64,000 bases of DNA, taken from the NCBI GenBank assembly GCA_964016885.1, contig OZ024751.1:39370001-39434000 (forward strand), written 5' to 3'. Below are positions 57,781 to 64,000 of the stretch, piece after piece. The stretch's first letter is position 1; every line of letters begins with the position of its first letter. The translations under genes were made by a program, and so were the position numbers. The stretch is from Eledone cirrhosa (lineage: Eukaryota). The notes beneath the pieces are model-generated. The model had not been told where the DNA came from, made no database searches, and saw nothing but the letters and a program-made list of their open reading frames with translations.

Positions 57781-59419
57781 TTAAGTAAGAATCGTTATTG
57801 TTAACAACAACAATACAAGTACGACACGCTACTGATAACAATAACAGCAGCACAATCGAAAAACGCTATTGTTAACTTTTTCAAGACTGTATTACTAATG
57901 AGATACAGTTTATTTCAGGGTTTTCAAATTGCCCGTTTCAATCTATTAGTAAGACACTAAACAAACAGAATAGACCAGGATCGGGGTATTAAGATAAAGT
58001 CTCCCCAAATAAGTTTGTAATACAAAATATATCTCTTGGTGTGGATCGTAGTAAATATATTAAAAAAAAGGTTTGGTAAATACTGGTTAATTTCAATTAA
58101 TAATGAAGTATTTTGAGGGATTTATTAAATATTATTGAATATTATTTCATTATTAAGATGGTTCTTATATGAAATTATGTTGTAAGATTTTAATTTTAAA
58201 AGAAACCCTTTATAATGTATTTATATATATATATCAAGAGAACAAGAACTGAACAAACAATGAGGAGGGTGCATTAACATAAAGTCGTATTAGTTTCACG
58301 TTTAAAAGAGAGTGAGGTACATATTGATGTATGGATGTGTGTAAATATATGTATATATATGTATGTATGTGTGATAGAAAATTAAATAGAAAACAATACA
58401 GTGCAATTAAGATATCATATATATTAGTTTAATGGTCGTTAACGACAATAAGGATTATCTGGCTGCTATTTCTAGCAGTTAAATGGCATCCCTCAGATAT
58501 TTATGAATGTTACTAATAAAGATAATGCAATGAGACAGTGAAGAGTCCAGAAAGTTCTTTCAACACCATAGTTGATGGACTATCGTTATTGATTGGCAAA
58601 CACCACACCATAGGTTAGCAAGACTAAAAGAAAAAAAAGCTTGAGGAGCTTGGAGACTTTATTTGCAGTAGACTGAGGATTGTCATTGTTGTTGTTGCTG
58701 TCATTGGCTAAAATTGCTCCAACAATTCTTCTTTGTCTCTGTTTATTATCAAGAGACCTAACCAATTAATCTCAAATACTTATTCTTAACTTTGATGTTA
58801 AAAGACCAATTTTATTTAATTTATTTGCTTTATTTTATTTTATTTTATTTTTGTTGTGTGGTTTGTTTTGATTTTGCTTGTCCAGAAGAGAGAGAGAGTG
58901 AGATAGAGAGAGAGAGAGAGAGTTATCTTTCACAACAAAGCCACAACTAACTCTCTAATGGTCCTTGAGATATCGTGTGTTTGGTATAGAAAGTTTAGTA
59001 TAAAATATGAACTGACAAAATTGTACAATTCTTAATTCCTTGTGTGTGTGTGTGTGGAGGCATGGTTAAAAAAGTTCACTGTACAGTCAAGAAGTCTTCC
59101 ATTGGACCCCAAAGTCTAAACATGTCTTTACTATAACCTGGGCTTGGTCGTAACTGGAACAACTCTTTCCATCCTACTAATATATCTGCAAATGAGGATT
59201 TACTCAAGACAATACACATTCTTCTTCTTCATTGCCCACTTATCCTGAAAGGGTCCTCTCAGCAGAGTCCTCAAACACTCCTACCAATGTGTCCTGTCAA
59301 AAGCTATCATCTCCAACTGATTGGCTGGATCCCCAAGCGTGAAACCAACCACAACAAAACACCACTGGTGGTAATTTCCCTGTATTTGTGGGAGTTGATT
59401 GTAATGATGGTAGTAGTGC

Positions 59420-59875
59420 CTCTACTGGAGATGGTTTGCCTCTACTGGTGGTGGGCTGACCTTTACTGGAGGGTTTGACTCGAGTGATGGTGGGCTGACT
59501 TTAATGGAGATGGTTTGCCTCTACTGGAGATGGTGTGCCTCTATTGGAGATGGTTGCCTCTATTGGAGATGGTTTGACTTTACTGAAGATGTTTGACTTT
59601 ACTGGAGGTAGTTTGACTTTACTGGAGGTAGTTTGACTTTACTGGAGGTAGTTTGACTCGAGTGGGGCAGTTTGACTCTAGTGTGGTATTTGACTCTAGT
59701 GAGGTTAGTCTGACCTTTACTGGAAGTAGTTTGACTCTAATGGGGGTGGCCTGGCTTTACTGATGGTAGTTTGACTCTAGTGAGGGTAGTTGACTCTAGT
59801 GAGGGTAGTTTGACTCTAGTGAGGGTAGCTTGACTCTAGTGACGGTAGTTTGACTCTAGTGACAGTAGTTTGCCT
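59420..59875. repeat. ~20-bp minisatellite (TTTGACTCTAGTGAGGGTAG-like)
   Basis: Units such as TTTGACTTTACTGGAGGTAG and TTTGACTCTAGTGAGGGTAG in tandem. Confidence 0.85.
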
Positions 59876-60878
59876 CAAATGTTTCACTTCATGTATTTTT
59901 AATTGTTCATTTGTTTTTCTTATTTCTTATTTTTCCCAAACATCCCCACCCACACAACCCACCCGCCCCACACAACCCCACCAAAACACATCTATTATGC
60001 AACAATAGGAGAGAATAAGGTTGACTTATAAGAAAAAAAAAGAAATTTAAACAAAAAAATAAATTCTAAATATATATATCACAAACACAAAAGAAAAAAA
60101 AATTTCCGAAGAAACAATTTTTTAAAAAATTCCCTGTAAAACATTACGTAAAACAACAAACCAATCCAATCCATTGTTTTGGAGTCGTTTCTGTTGTTAT
60201 TCTATGAGATTTTATTTTTCAAAGGAAGAAACGGTGTGGAGGGAGGGGGGAAGAGGGGTGAGAAGGTTGGGTGAATCAGTTAAGGCCTAAAATATAATCT
60301 CAGGTTGTGTGTGTTTTTTTGGTGTGTTGTTTCTTTGTTTCTTTTTAAAGAAAAAAAAAAAGATTTATACTTTTTAACAAAAGATGTGGCCCAAAGATAT
60401 ACAGGAGGAGGGGGGTGGTGTGGAGTGGTGGTAGTGGTAGTGGTGTGGGTGTGGTGTGGTAGTGGTAGTGGTGGTAGTGGTGGTGGTGGTGGTGGTGGTG
60501 TGGAGTGGTGGTAGTGGTGGTGGTGCTGTGGGGTAGTGGTGTGGTGGTGTGGAGTGGTGGTAGTGGTAGTAGTGGTAGTGGTGGTGGCGGTGGTGGTGAT
60601 GGCGGGATGAACACAGACAACAACAAACACAAAAGATGAAGAAGAAGAAGAGATGAGAGAAATAATGTTTGACAAATTAAGTGAGTGCAGGGAAAGATAA
60701 AGGTTTTACTGTTGTGTAGAGATGAGTTTGAAAATTAAACAACAAGATATGTTGAAACGAATCATATACACACTCATGTGTGTACGTGAGTACACACATA
60801 CACATATATATATACATATATATATACATATATATAAAATATATGTTATAGATGTATATATATATATATATATATATA

Positions 60879-60947
<69 letters not shown>

Positions 60948-60965
60948 GTATATATATATATATAT

Positions 60966-61009
<44 letters not shown>

Positions 61010-61033
61010 GATATATATATATGTATTCTATAG

Positions 61034-61085
<52 letters not shown>

Positions 61086-61087
61086 GA

Positions 61088-64000
61088 ATCTGCGAGCTAC
61101 CAAGCACCCACGTGAAGCGCCAACCCAGACCCTCCCCTACGAGTGTCGACAAATGCCCAAAACTCCGAGTTGGGTACCATCAAGTGTAGGCTCAATGAAA
61201 GGAAGAGCAGGGAGAAATCGTAGAAATGCTAGAGCGAAAGGAAGTTGATGTATGCTGTGTGCAAGAGACTAGATGGAGAGGAGGGTCTGCTAGAGTCCTT
61301 GTAGGAAAAGGCCAGTGCTACAAATTTTTCTGGGTGGGAAATGACGATGGGATGGGTGGTGTAGGTATACTATTAGCTGACAAGTGGGTAGATAAAGTAA
61401 TCTCAGTGTACAGGGTAAATGCAAGAATCATTAAACTCAGACTAGTCCTGAATAAGACAATTACCACAATAATATCAGCTTACGCACCCCAATCGGGGCT
61501 GCCAGACGAACTTAAGGATAGGTTTTACGAGTCCCTAATACACACTACTGCTCTAACAGACGACAAGGACTTCCTAATCATTGCAGGAGATTTTAACGGA
61601 CACGTAGGTAAACACTGCGACGGCTTCAATAGAGTACATGGAGGCCATGGAGTTGGCACAAGGAATGAGGAAGGATTCAGACTTCTAGAATTCTGCGACG
61701 CCAATGACATGTCGATATGTAACACAAACTTTAAAAAACCCGACAACCACCTGATCACCTATAGATCAGGGGAGCACTCTAGTCAGTTAGATTTTATCCT
61801 CATCAGAGGACGTGACAGGATGGACGGTCGTAAACACAAAAGCCTTCCCTAGTGAGGAATGTACATCCCAACATAGCTTAGTTGTCAGCGACCTCACGGT
61901 CAGAACTAGACGAGCCCTGAAACAGAGCCAACCTGGAGAAGAAAGATCTGGAAGCTGAAAGTCCCCTCAACCAGTAACAGATTTAAAGATATTTTACTCA
62001 ACGCCTACGACAGTAAAGAAGAACAGATAGAGACATTTAACGTAGAAGAGAACTGGGAGTTCCTAAAAAATAACTTACTAGAGGCGACGGATGAGGTTTG
62101 TGGCTGGAGTAAGACCTCAAGCAGGAGGAGAGTGACTTGGTGGTGGAACAATAAGGTAGATGAAGCAGTCAAGGCCAAGAGACAGGCATGGAAAGAATGG
62201 AAGAACGGGGGGAGCAGGGTACATTACATAGAGACCAAGAGGGAAGCTAGGCGACAAGTATACTTAGCTAGGAGGGAAGCAGAGGATAGAAAATTCAAGC
62301 ATGTTTTACAACGTGAGGACCAGAAACAGGAGGTATTCAAGATTGCGAGGCAGTGTGTCAGAGATAGTTGTGATGTCATTGGAGAGAAGTGTATCCGGAA
62401 TGATAAAGGTGAGCTTGCCCTCACAAGTGCTGAGAAGAAAGATGCATGGAAGAGTCATTATGATAGATTACTAAATGAGGAGAATGCATGGAAGAAGAGA
62501 CCCTACCCCACGTAGACCCTATAGAGGGACCAGCAGTACAAGTCAGCGGCAGCGTAGTAAGTAAGGCAATCAGAGATATGAAGATAGGGAAGGCAACCGG
62601 TCCATCGGGTATAGCTGCCGAGATGCTGAAGGCATCTGGGTCTGTAGGTCACACTATAACCACACGTATCGTTAACCAGGTAATACTAGAGGGGGCCATA
62701 CCAAAAGATTGGTGCAGTAGCATCATTGTCAACTGCTACAAAGGTAAAGGCGATGCACTAGATAGAGGAAACTATAGAGGTATAAAGTTGATGGACCAGG
62801 TCATGAAAGTAACAGAAAGAGTTATAGCACAGCTGATTAGGGACCGGGTGAATATAGACGAGATGCAATTTGGGTTTGTTCCAGGGAAAGGCACCACTGA
62901 TGCGCTCTTCCTTGTGAGGCAATTACAGGAAAAGTACCTAGCTAAAAGTAAGCCACTCTACTTGGCATTTGTCGACCTTGAGAAAGCCTTTGACAGAGTT
63001 CCACGTGCAGTAATCTGGTGGGCTCTTAGAAAACTAGGAGTAGATGAATGGCTTGTGAAAGCGGTACAAGCCATGTATAGGGGAGCAGTCAGCAAAGTTA
63101 GGATTGGCAATGAGTATAGCGAGGAATTTAGCGTACAGGTTGGGGTCCACCAGGGCTCTGTTCTTAGCCCTCTCTCCTGTTTCATCATAGTCCTGCAGGC
63201 AATAACGGAGGAGTTTAAGACCGGATGCCCATGGGAACTCCTGTATGCTGATGACCTCGCACTCATAGCTGAATCTATGGTAGAACTAGAGAATAAATTC
63301 CAAACCTGGAAGCAGGGACTAGAGAGAAAGGGCCTCAAAGTCAACATGACAAAGACTAAGGTCCTTATAAGTAGACGAGAAAACAGAACCCAGATCCCCT
63401 CAGGGAAATGGCCTTGCTCAGTATGTAGGAAAGGTGTAGGTAGGAACTCCATTCTCTGCCCCAAATGCAAACAATGGGTACACAAGAGATGTAGCGGGAT
63501 CTCAGGAAGCTTAATTAAGAATGTAGGATTCACATGCAGCAGCTGTGCTGAAACAGCAAGCAAACAGCCACAGGAAACAAGTACCACCAATCTCTGGGAG
63601 GGCCCTGTAGAAACAGTAGACAGCTTCTGCTACCTAGGTGACCGAATTAGCAACGGAGGTGGGTGCTCAGAAAGTACAATAACTAGGGTAAGAACGGGAT
63701 GGAAGAAGTTTAGGGAACTACTACCACTGCTAGCTGCAAAAGGCTTCTCCCTCAGAATGAAAGGCAGACTGTATGATGCGTGTATCCGAACAGCGATGTT
63801 GCATGGTAGTGAGACCTGGGCGCTGAAGGTGGAAGACTTACGTAGATTAGAGAGAAACGAAGCCTGCATGCTCCGATGGATGTGTAACAGTAATATACGT
63901 GAACGACAAAGCATAAATGAATTGAGAGAGAGACTGAGCATAAGAGGAATCAAATGCTGCGTGCAGGAGAGGCGGTTACGCTGGTATGGACATGTGATGC
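61088..64000 (+). mobile_element. Near full-length RTE-clade LINE (APE endonuclease, RT, PHD-type finger); runs off the window
   Basis: APE motifs CVQETRW, AYAPQ, GDFNGH and QLDFIL; RT motifs FVDLEKAFD, GVHQGSVLSP, LLYADD (YADD from 63244) and YLG. Frame is open from ~62510 to 64000; a few frameshifts lie upstream. Confidence 0.96.

Noticed and set aside
62958-63953. Minus-strand ORFs of 210 and 107 aa
   Set aside because: Antisense shadows of the RTE reverse transcriptase frame.

Overview
AT-rich, microsatellite-saturated animal genomic DNA. The SINE/LINE repertoire looks like a coleoid cephalopod, probably an octopus (inference). One host gene is recognisable: the last four coding exons of COG1 on the minus strand (52081->32115), with canonical GT-AG splice sites and consistent phases. 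Its upstream exons were not found, and there is a 200-N gap at 57002-57201. The rest is mostly repeats: two tRNA-headed SINE families, several RTE-clade LINE fragments, and a near-complete RTE (APE+RT) from ~61.1 kb to the window end. That RTE carries a C4HC3 PHD-type finger inside its RT region. Also present are a decayed R4/Dong-like RLE retroelement, TTAA-flanked piggyBac-type MITEs, a 101-bp satellite apparently built from a SINE head, and many minisatellites. The most unusual signal is a set of hammerhead-ribozyme-like motifs in short non-coding islands between (TA)n tracts, probably Penelope-like/retrozyme remnants. One has a complete type I fold. Two long near-perfect palindromes appear to fold back at or next to such motifs. 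All identifications were made by eye; no searches or folding programs were run.
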